DNA of 64,000 nt from Thermodesulfobacteriota bacterium. Lineage in GTDB: Bacteria > Desulfobacterota > Desulfobulbia > Desulfobulbales > SURF-16. The notes under the pieces were generated by a model. That model ran no database searches, was not told the DNA's origin, and saw only the letters and a list, made by a program, of their open reading frames with translations. Below are positions 55,203 through 62,419 of this stretch, one piece after another. The position numbers and the translations under genes were made by a program. The DNA lies in the NCBI GenBank assembly GCA_049323655.1, contig JBMONO010000034.1, positions 113,653 through 177,652 of the forward strand, read 5' to 3'. Position 1 is the first letter of the stretch. Each line of letters starts with the position of its first letter.

Positions 55203-57533
55203 ATGGAATACAAGAGCATCCTCGACCTGATCGGCAACACCCGAATTGTGCCCATCAACCGCCTCAACCCGCACAAGAGCGTTACGATCTACGTCAAACT
55301 CGAATCCGGTAATCCGGGCGGCTCGGTCAAGGACCGCATCGCCCTGTCCATGATCGAAACCGCCGAAGAGCGTGGAGAACTGACCCCTGACAAGATCGTT
55401 CTGGAGGCGACCAGCGGCAACACCGGCATCGGACTCGCCATGGTCTGCGCGGTTAAGGGTTACCGGTGCCAGCTGGTGATGCCGGAATCGGCCAGTATTG
55501 AGCGGCGAAAGATCATGGAGGCCTATGGGGCCGAAATTCTCCTGACCCCCGGCAAACGAGGTACCGACGGCGCCATCGAGCGTGCCTATGCCATGGCCCG
55601 TGAGCATCCGGACCAGTATTTTCTCACCGATCAGTTCAACAACGAGGCCAACTGGATGGCCCACGTCAAGACCACCGGGCCGGAGATCTGGGAGCAGACC
55701 AATGGCCGGGTGACCGATGTCGTCGCCACCCTGGGCACCACCGGCACGGTGATGGGGATCTGCCGCTACTTTGCCGACAACCATCCCGAGGTGCGGATTA
55801 CTGCGGTCGAGCCCTTCCTCGGCCATAAGATCCAGGGCCTGAAAAATATGAAAGAGTCGTATAAGCCTGGTATCTTTGATAAAACAAAACCATTCCAGAT
55901 CATCAACGTCCCGGACGAGGAGGCCTTCCGGTACGCCCGCCTGCTGGCTCGCAAGGAGGGAATATTTGCCGGCATGAGTTCCGGCGCGGCCATCTGCGCG
56001 GCGCTGGCGGTGGCGGATCAATTGGCGGAGGGTATGATTGTTGTTATCCTGCCGGACAGCGGCGACAAATATCTCAGCACTGAACTTTTCACCGCCAAAA
56101 AGGAAAAAAAGGCAAAGACCACCGAAGGGCTCCGTTTTTTCAATACCCTCAGCCGCAAAAAGGAAATCTTCCAGCCCCAGTCCGGCAATCGGGTCACCTT
56201 CTACGCCTGCGGCCCGACCGCCCATGAACTGGCCAACCTGGCCCACTGTCGCCGTTTTGTTGTCGCCGATCTCATTCATCGGCTTTTGCGGCAGAAAGGC
56301 TATGATGTCCAGTACTACATGAACTTCACCGATCTCGACGACAACACCATCAGCGGCGCGGCCCGGGCCGGTCGGCCGTTGGCCGAGTTCACCGGATTCT
56401 ATATCGAGGAATTCATGAAGGACATGGAGGCCCTCCGCCTGCTGCCGGCCACCGGCTATCCGCGTGCCTCGGAGCATGTCGAGGAGATGATCACCATCGC
56501 CCACGAGCTGGTCCACAAGGGCTATGCCTATGAACAGCACGGCTCGGTGTATTTCGATATCAGCAAGTTCAGGAAGTACGGCAAGCTGTCCCGGGTGCCG
56601 CTCGACAAGATCAAGGTCGGCATGACCGTTGATCTCGACGACTACGAAAAGAACAATCCGCTGGACTTCACCCTGATGAAGCGCTCTACCCTGGCGGAGC
56701 TGAAAAGCGGCGTCTTTTATCAGACCGACCGGGGCAACATGCGACCCGGCTGGCATATCGAGTGCGCGGCCATGACCCTCCACTATCTCGGCGAGACCAT
56801 GGATATTCACACCAGCGGCCGGGATCTGCTCTTTCCCCATCATGAAAACGAAAACGCCATTGCCGAGAGCCTGACCGGCAAGCCGCTGGCCAGATTCTGG
56901 ATCCACAGCGAGTTACTGCTGGTGGAGGGCCGCAAGATGAGCGCGGACAACAACAACGTCATCACCCTGCGCCAGCTTGTCGAGCAGGGCTATACCCCCC
57001 GGGAGATTCGTTTCTTTCTCATCCGCAACCACTATCGCAAGCCGATCGATTTTTCGGTGAAGAAGCTCGACAGCGCGCGGGTGAGTCTCAAACGCCTCGA
57101 CGAATTCACCCGCAAGCTCCAGTGCCTGCCGCCGGATATGCCTCATCCCAAGGTGGCGGCCTATGTCTCGGATATGGAGGAGTCCTTTCAGGCCGCCCTT
57201 GAAGACGACATGAACGTCTCCCGGGCGATCGGCGCCATCTTCGACTTTATCAAGAAAGTCAATCCCGTCATCAGCGCAGGTCAGCTCGACCGGGACCAGA
57301 AGGAGTATATCCGCGAATCCCTGGAAAAGATCAACGCCATCCTCAATGTCCTGCGCCTGGAGGAGTGTCCGCTCGCCCCGGAGATCGACAGGCTGATCCG
57401 GGAGCGGGAGCAGGCCCGCAAGGAAAAGGACTGGGCCAGGGCCGATGATGTCCGCAACCGGCTTGCCGAGCAGGGCATCACGGTGATCGACACCGCCAAG
57501 GGACCGGTCTGGAAGGAAAACGACCGGGAGTAA
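55203..57533 (+). CDS. Fusion protein: cysteine synthase (CysK/CysM-type PLP enzyme) + full-length CysRS-like domain with degenerate class I motifs
   Basis: 776 aa in one frame. aa 1-297 are CysK-like (PLP Lys in GGSVKDR, TSGNTGIGLA, GTTGT). A Lys-rich linker TAKKEKKAKTTEG follows. From aa ~310 the sequence is CysRS-like (LRFFNTLSRKKE, GWHIECAAM, DIHTSGRDLLFPHHENE, anticodon-binding tail), but HIGH reads NLAH and KMSKS reads KMSAD. Confidence 0.85.
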   Translation: MEYKSILDLIGNTRIVPINRLNPHKSVTIYVKLESGNPGGSVKDRIALSMIETAEERGELTPDKIVLEATSGNTGIGLAMVCAVKGYRCQLVMPESASIERRKIMEAYGAEILLTPGKRGTDGAIERAYAMAREHPDQYFLTDQFNNEANWMAHVKTTGPEIWEQTNGRVTDVVATLGTTGTVMGICRYFADNHPEVRITAVEPFLGHKIQGLKNMKESYKPGIFDKTKPFQIINVPDEEAFRYARLLARKEGIFAGMSSGAAICAALAVADQLAEGMIVVILPDSGDKYLSTELFTAKKEKKAKTTEGLRFFNTLSRKKEIFQPQSGNRVTFYACGPTAHELANLAHCRRFVVADLIHRLLRQKGYDVQYYMNFTDLDDNTISGAARAGRPLAEFTGFYIEEFMKDMEALRLLPATGYPRASEHVEEMITIAHELVHKGYAYEQHGSVYFDISKFRKYGKLSRVPLDKIKVGMTVDLDDYEKNNPLDFTLMKRSTLAELKSGVFYQTDRGNMRPGWHIECAAMTLHYLGETMDIHTSGRDLLFPHHENENAIAESLTGKPLARFWIHSELLLVEGRKMSADNNNVITLRQLVEQGYTPREIRFFLIRNHYRKPIDFSVKKLDSARVSLKRLDEFTRKLQCLPPDMPHPKVAAYVSDMEESFQAALEDDMNVSRAIGAIFDFIKKVNPVISAGQLDRDQKEYIRESLEKINAILNVLRLEECPLAPEIDRLIREREQARKEKDWARADDVRNRLAEQGITVIDTAKGPVWKENDRE

Positions 57534-57544
57534 GGGCCGGCCGA

Positions 57545-58813
57545 TTAGATGGCGCGGACCACGGGCAGATCCGACCAGCGGGTGGTGTAGGCCGGTGATT
57601 TCATCTGCTGCCGGTTGGCCCACGGCCGATTGACGGCGGCCACCGCATGGCGGATGGTGTGGCGGCCCCAGCGCTCGTTGATCGTGTCGAGGGCTGCCAT
57701 CAGCGGCCCGCTTTTGCGGTCCGGGGCTGTGAAGAGGCTGGGCTGGCGATGCTCTTCTCCCACCAGGCCGAAGAGGACGACGCCGGCCTTCTGGTAATGC
57801 AGGCCCGGCCGGTAAAGACGACCAAGGACGGCGAGGGCGTGGCGGATCAGCACCGTGCTGTTTGCCGTCGGAGTCGTCAGGGTGGCAACCTGCTGGCCAT
57901 AATAGTACGGCTCCGTCGGCCGGAAACGGTTGGTACAGAGATAGACCTGGAGGCTGCCGGCCAGGGCGCGACGACCGCGCAGCTTGACCGCGGCCTGTTC
58001 CACATAGGTGGCCAGCGCCTCCCGCAGATCGGCCAGCGTCTCCACCGGACAGCCGAAGGATTTCGAGCTGGTGATGGAGCGGTGGGCGAGCGGGCATTCC
58101 TCCGGCGCCAGGCAGGAAATGCCGCGCAGCTCCATGGCGGTCCGCAGGCCGGTGACGGTCAGATGACGCCGCAGCCACTCATCATCAGCATTTTTCAGAT
58201 CAAGGGCGGTCAGGATTGCCTGTCGCCGGAGCCGCTCGCCGTGGCGCGGGCCGATGCCCCAGACATCGGTGACCGGGCAGCGGCGCAACACGTCATCGTT
58301 CACCTCCTCCCCAAGCGTCTGGACCCCGCCGTACTCCTCCTGCTTTTTGGCGACCCGGTTGGCGATCTTGGCCAAAGTCCGGGTCGGGCCGATGCCGATG
58401 GAGACGGGAATGCCGGTGGCGTGCATGACCAGTTGCCTGATCTCCCGGCCGTACTGCCCGGGGTTGACACCGGGCGGCGGCATGAAACGCAGAAAGGCCT
58501 CGTCGATGGAATAGACCTCCACCTCCGGTTCGAGCTGGTGCAGCACCGCCATCACCCGGCGGGAGATGTCGCCGTACAAGGCGTAATTGGAGGAGAAAAC
58601 CGCGGTGTCGTGCCGGGCGAGCAGGCCCTTGCATTTGAAGTAGGGAGCGCCCATGACGATGCCCAGCTCCTTGGCTTCATTGGAGCGGGCGATGACGCAG
58701 CCGTCGTTGTTGGACAGCACCACCACCGGTCGGCCCTGCAGACGCGGCTGGAAGAGTCGTTCGCAGGAGACATAGAAGTTGTTGCAATCGACCAGGGCGA
58801 ACAGCTTTTGCAT
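57545..58813 (-). CDS. umuC: Y-family translesion DNA polymerase V catalytic subunit
   Basis: 422 aa. N-terminus FALVDCNNFYVSCERLFQP and Y-family motifs. Confidence 0.9.
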   Translation of the reverse strand: MQKLFALVDCNNFYVSCERLFQPRLQGRPVVVLSNNDGCVIARSNEAKELGIVMGAPYFKCKGLLARHDTAVFSSNYALYGDISRRVMAVLHQLEPEVEVYSIDEAFLRFMPPPGVNPGQYGREIRQLVMHATGIPVSIGIGPTRTLAKIANRVAKKQEEYGGVQTLGEEVNDDVLRRCPVTDVWGIGPRHGERLRRQAILTALDLKNADDEWLRRHLTVTGLRTAMELRGISCLAPEECPLAHRSITSSKSFGCPVETLADLREALATYVEQAAVKLRGRRALAGSLQVYLCTNRFRPTEPYYYGQQVATLTTPTANSTVLIRHALAVLGRLYRPGLHYQKAGVVLFGLVGEEHRQPSLFTAPDRKSGPLMAALDTINERWGRHTIRHAVAAVNRPWANRQQMKSPAYTTRWSDLPVVRAI

Positions 58814-58821
58814 GGTGTCAC

Positions 58822-59268
58822 CTACAGCTGGTGGATGGCGCAGGTCGCCACCCCCCAGATTTCAAGCTCCATGCCGGTCCGGATCTCGGTGGCGGGATAG
58901 TCGGGATTCTCCGCCTGCAGCCTGCAGCTGTCGCCGTTTTTCACCAGGCGTTTTACCGTCAGTTCCCCGTCCAGCACGGCTATGACGATGCGGCCGCTGG
59001 TCGGGGCAAGCGAGCGATCGACAATGAGAATGTCGTCGTGATTGATGCCGGCGCCGACCATTGAATCGCCAGCCACCCGGACGAAAAAGGTGGCAGCCGG
59101 ATTGGCGATCAGATACTCGTTGAGGTCAAGTTGCCGGTCGATGTAATCGTCGGCCGGTGAGGGGAAACCGGCGGAAACGCCGCTGGCAAAGAGAGGGCGG
59201 GGTAGATGGCTGCCGGGCTCGCAGCGGGCGATGCCGGCGATGGAGGAGGAAAGGCGGAGAGCGGACAT
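58822..59268 (-). CDS. umuD: UmuD / LexA-like S24 peptidase
   Basis: 148 aa. Ser-Lys dyad context (VAGDSM ... LTVKRL). Directly upstream of umuC. Confidence 0.88.
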   Translation of the reverse strand: MSALRLSSSIAGIARCEPGSHLPRPLFASGVSAGFPSPADDYIDRQLDLNEYLIANPAATFFVRVAGDSMVGAGINHDDILIVDRSLAPTSGRIVIAVLDGELTVKRLVKNGDSCRLQAENPDYPATEIRTGMELEIWGVATCAIHQL

Positions 59269-59412
59269 GGCTGGTGCTTCCTTTGCGGTGGATTGTTTAC
59301 GGGAGCAATCGTTTTATGCTATCCTGATGCCAAGAATACCAGAGGGGCCGGCTCCGGTCAACCGGGGGCAGGTTGGCGCCGGCCGTTCCATCGATGCCAC
59401 GAGGAGGATGCG

Positions 59413-60834
59413 ATGCGCACCCTGATGACCGCCACCCTTTTGCTGCTGCTGGCCGCCACGCCGGCCACGGCGGCAGACGAAATCGTCTCCACCGCCCGGG
59501 ACCAGCTGGGGGTTGCCGTTACCATATACAATGACGATCTCGCCCTGATCAAGGACCGGCGCACCGTCACCCTGCCGGAGGGGCGCGCAGTTCTCGCTTT
59601 TCGCGAGGTGAGCGGCCGGATCAGGCCGGAAACCGCCCTGCTGTCCGGCGAGGGCATGGCGGTGCTGGAGCAGAATTTCGAGTTCGATCTGCTCACCCCG
59701 GAGGCGCTGCTCGCCAAATACGTGGGCCGCGAGGTGACCCTGATCCGCACCCATCCCACCACCGGTGCGGAGAGCCGCGAACAGGCGCAGGTTTTGAGCG
59801 CCGCGGCCGGGGTGGTGCTCCGGCTCGGCGATCACATCGAAACCGGGGTGCCGGGCCGCCTCGTCTTTGCCGATGTGCCGGACAACCTGCGCGACCGGCC
59901 CACCCTGACCATGCTGACCGACAGCAGCACAGCCGGACCCCGCCAGCTGGAGTTGAGCTATCTCACCGGCGGGTTAGGCTGGCATGCCGACTATGTAGCC
60001 GAACTCGCTGCAGATGATGCCTCTCTTGATCTCAACGGCTGGGTCACCCTTACCAACGAAAGCGGGACAACCTATCATCAGGCTGATCTGCAACTGGTGG
60101 CCGGCGACGTTCATCGTCTGCCGCCGGAGGAGGGGCAGGGGCAGTACATGGAAAAGGCCATGCTGCGGGCCGCGCCGGTGGCGCCCGCCATGGTCGAGGA
60201 ATCGATGTTCACCTACCATCTCTACCGACTGGAACGGCCGACCACCATCCGCGACCGGCAGAGCAAACAGATCGCCCTGCTCGGCGCCGGTGGGGTTGCC
60301 TGTAAGAAGGAGCTGCTTCTGCAGGGCCGCGATGCCGCTTACAGTAGTCCGGCCGGGGAAACCGTCAGCAAGGTGAAGGTCGGCGTCTTTGTCGAGACGA
60401 CCAACAGCAAGAAGAACCGGCTCGGCCTGCCTCTGCCAAGGGGGGTGGTGCGGGTCTATAAAAAGGATGCCCGCGGCGGCCTGCAGTTTGTCGGCGAGGA
60501 TCGCATCGATCATACCCCGGAAAACGAGACGATTCGTCTCCGGCTCGGCGATTCCTTTGACGTGACGGCGTGGAAGAAACAGACGGAATTTAAAAAGGTT
60601 GCCGGCTTTTCCCTCTACAATTACGTCTATGAAAGCAGCCATGCGATCGAGCTGAAAAACGGCTCGGCCGAAGAGGTGACCGTCACGGTCAACGAACCGG
60701 TGCCGGGCGACTGGGAGATGCTGACCGAATCCCTGCCCCATGAAAAGGCGGCCAGCAATACGGCGGTATGGCGGGTGCCGGTGCCGTCGCACGGGGCAAC
60801 GACCCTGACCTACTCGGTGCGGGTGAAATTCTGA
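59413..60834 (+). CDS. Secreted DUF4139-like (MuiA-family-like) protein
   Basis: Start at ATG 59413 behind GAGGAGG. Signal peptide MRTLMTATLLLLLAATPATA. N-terminal VAVTIYNDDLALIKDRR pattern, as I recall it for DUF4139. Confidence 0.65.
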   Translation: MRTLMTATLLLLLAATPATAADEIVSTARDQLGVAVTIYNDDLALIKDRRTVTLPEGRAVLAFREVSGRIRPETALLSGEGMAVLEQNFEFDLLTPEALLAKYVGREVTLIRTHPTTGAESREQAQVLSAAAGVVLRLGDHIETGVPGRLVFADVPDNLRDRPTLTMLTDSSTAGPRQLELSYLTGGLGWHADYVAELAADDASLDLNGWVTLTNESGTTYHQADLQLVAGDVHRLPPEEGQGQYMEKAMLRAAPVAPAMVEESMFTYHLYRLERPTTIRDRQSKQIALLGAGGVACKKELLLQGRDAAYSSPAGETVSKVKVGVFVETTNSKKNRLGLPLPRGVVRVYKKDARGGLQFVGEDRIDHTPENETIRLRLGDSFDVTAWKKQTEFKKVAGFSLYNYVYESSHAIELKNGSAEEVTVTVNEPVPGDWEMLTESLPHEKAASNTAVWRVPVPSHGATTLTYSVRVKF

Positions 60835-61166
60835 CGTTTTTTCTTGACGGGTTTTCTGCGCATGCCGTCCAGCAGGTGCATGAAGGCCAGGAAGGGGTGA
60901 GAAAAGATCATGCCCGGTCCGATCGCGCGCATGACCTGCCTGATCCGCTCCCGCATCGCCGGCTTGTAACAGTGCACCGCGCAGTTGCCGCAGGTGGTTT
61001 TGCCCTCTTGAAACGGGCAGTGGCGCAGCCGCTTGCGGGCATAGGCGAGCAGCTCCCGGCAGTCCTGGCAGAGATCGTTACCCCCGCCGTGATGACGGCG
61101 GCAGTAGATCGCAATCATGGCGGCAATGGTGGTTTCCTCGCGCTGCATGCGTCTGAAGCTCAGCAT
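60810..61166 (-). CDS. Nitrous-oxide-stimulated-promoter family (YgbA_NO) Cys-rich protein
   Basis: 118 aa. Pattern YCRRHH...LCQDCRELLAYARKRLRHCPF...KTTCGNCAVHCY. Confidence 0.65.
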   Translation of the reverse strand: MLSFRRMQREETTIAAMIAIYCRRHHGGGNDLCQDCRELLAYARKRLRHCPFQEGKTTCGNCAVHCYKPAMRERIRQVMRAIGPGMIFSHPFLAFMHLLDGMRRKPVKKKRQNFTRTE

Positions 61167-61260
61167 GGTCTCAAGAAATACCAGAGGGATAGGGCGCCGT
61201 CAAGGGGGGAGGAATTGGGTTGCAAATTGTCGTGCCCCGTGCTAAGAAAGATGCACTCGT

Positions 61261-61360
61261 GAAAGTCCTTTTTTGCCGCGGAGAGCACAGGGAAAACATT
61301 TTGAATGACAGTCAGTTATCTCCGTGTGCTCCGTGGTTTTTTGTGGTTGATTTTCAGTTT
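61261..61360 (-). repeat. Z-type repeat, copy 6 (inverted), ends 2 nt before tRNA-Arg
   Basis: The reverse complement reads AAACTGAAAATCAACCACAAAAAACCACGGAGCACACGGAGATAACTGACTGTCATTCAAAATGTTTTCCCTGTGCTCTCCGCGGCAAAAAAGGACTTTC. Confidence 0.75.
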
Positions 61361-61362
61361 GC

Positions 61363-61439
61363 GCGCCCGTAGCTCAGCTGGATAGAGCACCGGCCTTCTA
61401 AGCCGTAGGTCGCAGGTTCGAATCCTGCCGGGCGCGCCA
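61363..61439 (+). tRNA. tRNA-Arg (anticodon TCT), CCA encoded
   Basis: The cloverleaf can be read directly: acceptor GCGCCCG/CGGGCGC, D arm GCTC-AGCTGGATA-GAGC, anticodon arm CCGGC-CTTCTAA-GCCGT, T arm GCAGG-TTCGAAT-CCTGC, discriminator G, then CCA. Confidence 0.93.
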
Positions 61440-61480
61440 GGAAAACCCGGGCTTTCCCGGAACTGAATGCCCTGCCGGGC

Positions 61481-61530
61481 AAAACCCCTCTGTCATCGGC
61501 TCCCTGCCGGCAGAGGGGTTTTTGTTTTGT
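61481..61530 (+). terminator. Probable terminator after tRNA-Arg
   Basis: CCCCTCTG (61485-61492) / CAGAGGGG (61511-61518) stem with a large loop, followed by TTTTTGTTTTG. Confidence 0.55.
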
Positions 61531-61548
61531 CTCAATAAATGATGAAAT

Positions 61549-61665
61549 CGCAAAAGGTCTTTTTTTACCACGGAGAGCACTGATGGCACAGAGAAAATAT
61601 CTTTAATTACAATTAGTTGATTCTGTGTGCTCTGCGGTCTTTATGGTTGATTTTCAGTTTTTACG
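61549..61665 (-). repeat. Z-type repeat, copy 7 (inverted), about 110 nt after tRNA-Arg
   Basis: The reverse complement reads CGTAAAAACTGAAAATCAACCATAAAGACCGCAGAGCACACAGAATC ... CAGTGCTCTCCGTGGTAAAAAAAGACCTTTTGCG. Confidence 0.85.
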
Positions 61666-61805
61666 ATTTCGTCAAGAAATGATGCGGAAAGAGAATATTG
61701 TTGCCTTTTTATGTGCCGGGGCATAACATATCATAATCATAACTGATGACGGGATGGATGCCTGAGTGTCGCGCAATGATTTCTGCGGGTTTCGGAGGAA
61801 GAGTG

Positions 61806-62402
61806 ATGAAGGGAGTAACCGGTTTGAGCAGGCCGCTGACACTGCTGTGTGGTCTGCTGGCATGGATCGCCTGCTGCAATGTTTCGCCGCTGTGGGGGCA
61901 GGAGGGGCGCGGCGATGAGAAAGATTATCTGATCGGCGTCGGTGACGTGCTGGAGGTCCAGGTCTGGCAGGAGCCCGACTTGTCGAGGACGGTGAAGGTG
62001 CGGCTTGATGGCAGGATATCTCTGCCTCTGACCGGCGATATCCAGGCGGCCGGCAAATCGGTGGAGGAACTGGATCGCCTGCTGGAGGAGAAGATCGCGG
62101 CCCTGGTTACCGAGCCGGCGGTCTCGGTGATCCTGGTGGAGAATCGTAGCCGCCGCTATTACGTGGTCGGCCAGGTCGGTCAGCCCGGTGAGTTTCCCAT
62201 CGAATACCCGCTGACCCTGCTCCAGGCCATTGCCCGCAGCGGCGGTTTTCAGGAGTGGGCCAAACGGGACCAGATCCGGGTTGTGCGTCGGATTGGCGAT
62301 AAGGAGGATCTGCTGCCCTTTGATTACGATGCCTTTGTCAAGGGCAAGGATCTTGGCCAGAACATTTTCATCGCCCCCGGTGACACCATTATCGTGCCCT
62401 GA
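61806..62402 (+). CDS. Polysaccharide export outer-membrane lipoprotein (Wza/Poly_export + SLBB)
   Basis: Lipobox LAWIAC. Poly_export motif YLIGVGDVLEVQVW. SLBB block YYVVGQVGQPGEF. Start moved to ATG 61806 behind GGAGG. Confidence 0.8.
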   Translation: MKGVTGLSRPLTLLCGLLAWIACCNVSPLWGQEGRGDEKDYLIGVGDVLEVQVWQEPDLSRTVKVRLDGRISLPLTGDIQAAGKSVEELDRLLEEKIAALVTEPAVSVILVENRSRRYYVVGQVGQPGEFPIEYPLTLLQAIARSGGFQEWAKRDQIRVVRRIGDKEDLLPFDYDAFVKGKDLGQNIFIAPGDTIIVP

Positions 62403-62419
62403 CCGGGGCAGACTGCAAC

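Noticed and set aside
55158-58178. Minus-strand ORFs 55158..56906 (582 aa) and 56913..58178 (421 aa).
   Set aside because: The first is antisense to the CysK-CysRS fusion. The second overlaps umuC on the same strand in a different reading frame and is antisense to the 3' end of the fusion gene. They have low-complexity Gly/Arg/Pro composition and no motifs.
59206-59412. 69-codon N-terminal extension of the DUF4139-like ORF.
   Set aside because: It overlaps the umuD coding and promoter region. A GAGGAGG Shine-Dalgarno precedes ATG 59413, which begins a canonical signal peptide.
60810-60834. 25-nt convergent overlap of the DUF4139-like and ygbA-like gene ends as a regulatory feature.
   Set aside because: Short convergent overlaps are common in compact genomes. 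There is no supporting structure or motif.
61167-61805. tRNA-Arg-associated genomic island or prophage remnant.
   Set aside because: There is no integrase, no direct repeat of the tRNA 3' end, and no phage or transposase genes on either side. Only the Z repeats flank the tRNA.
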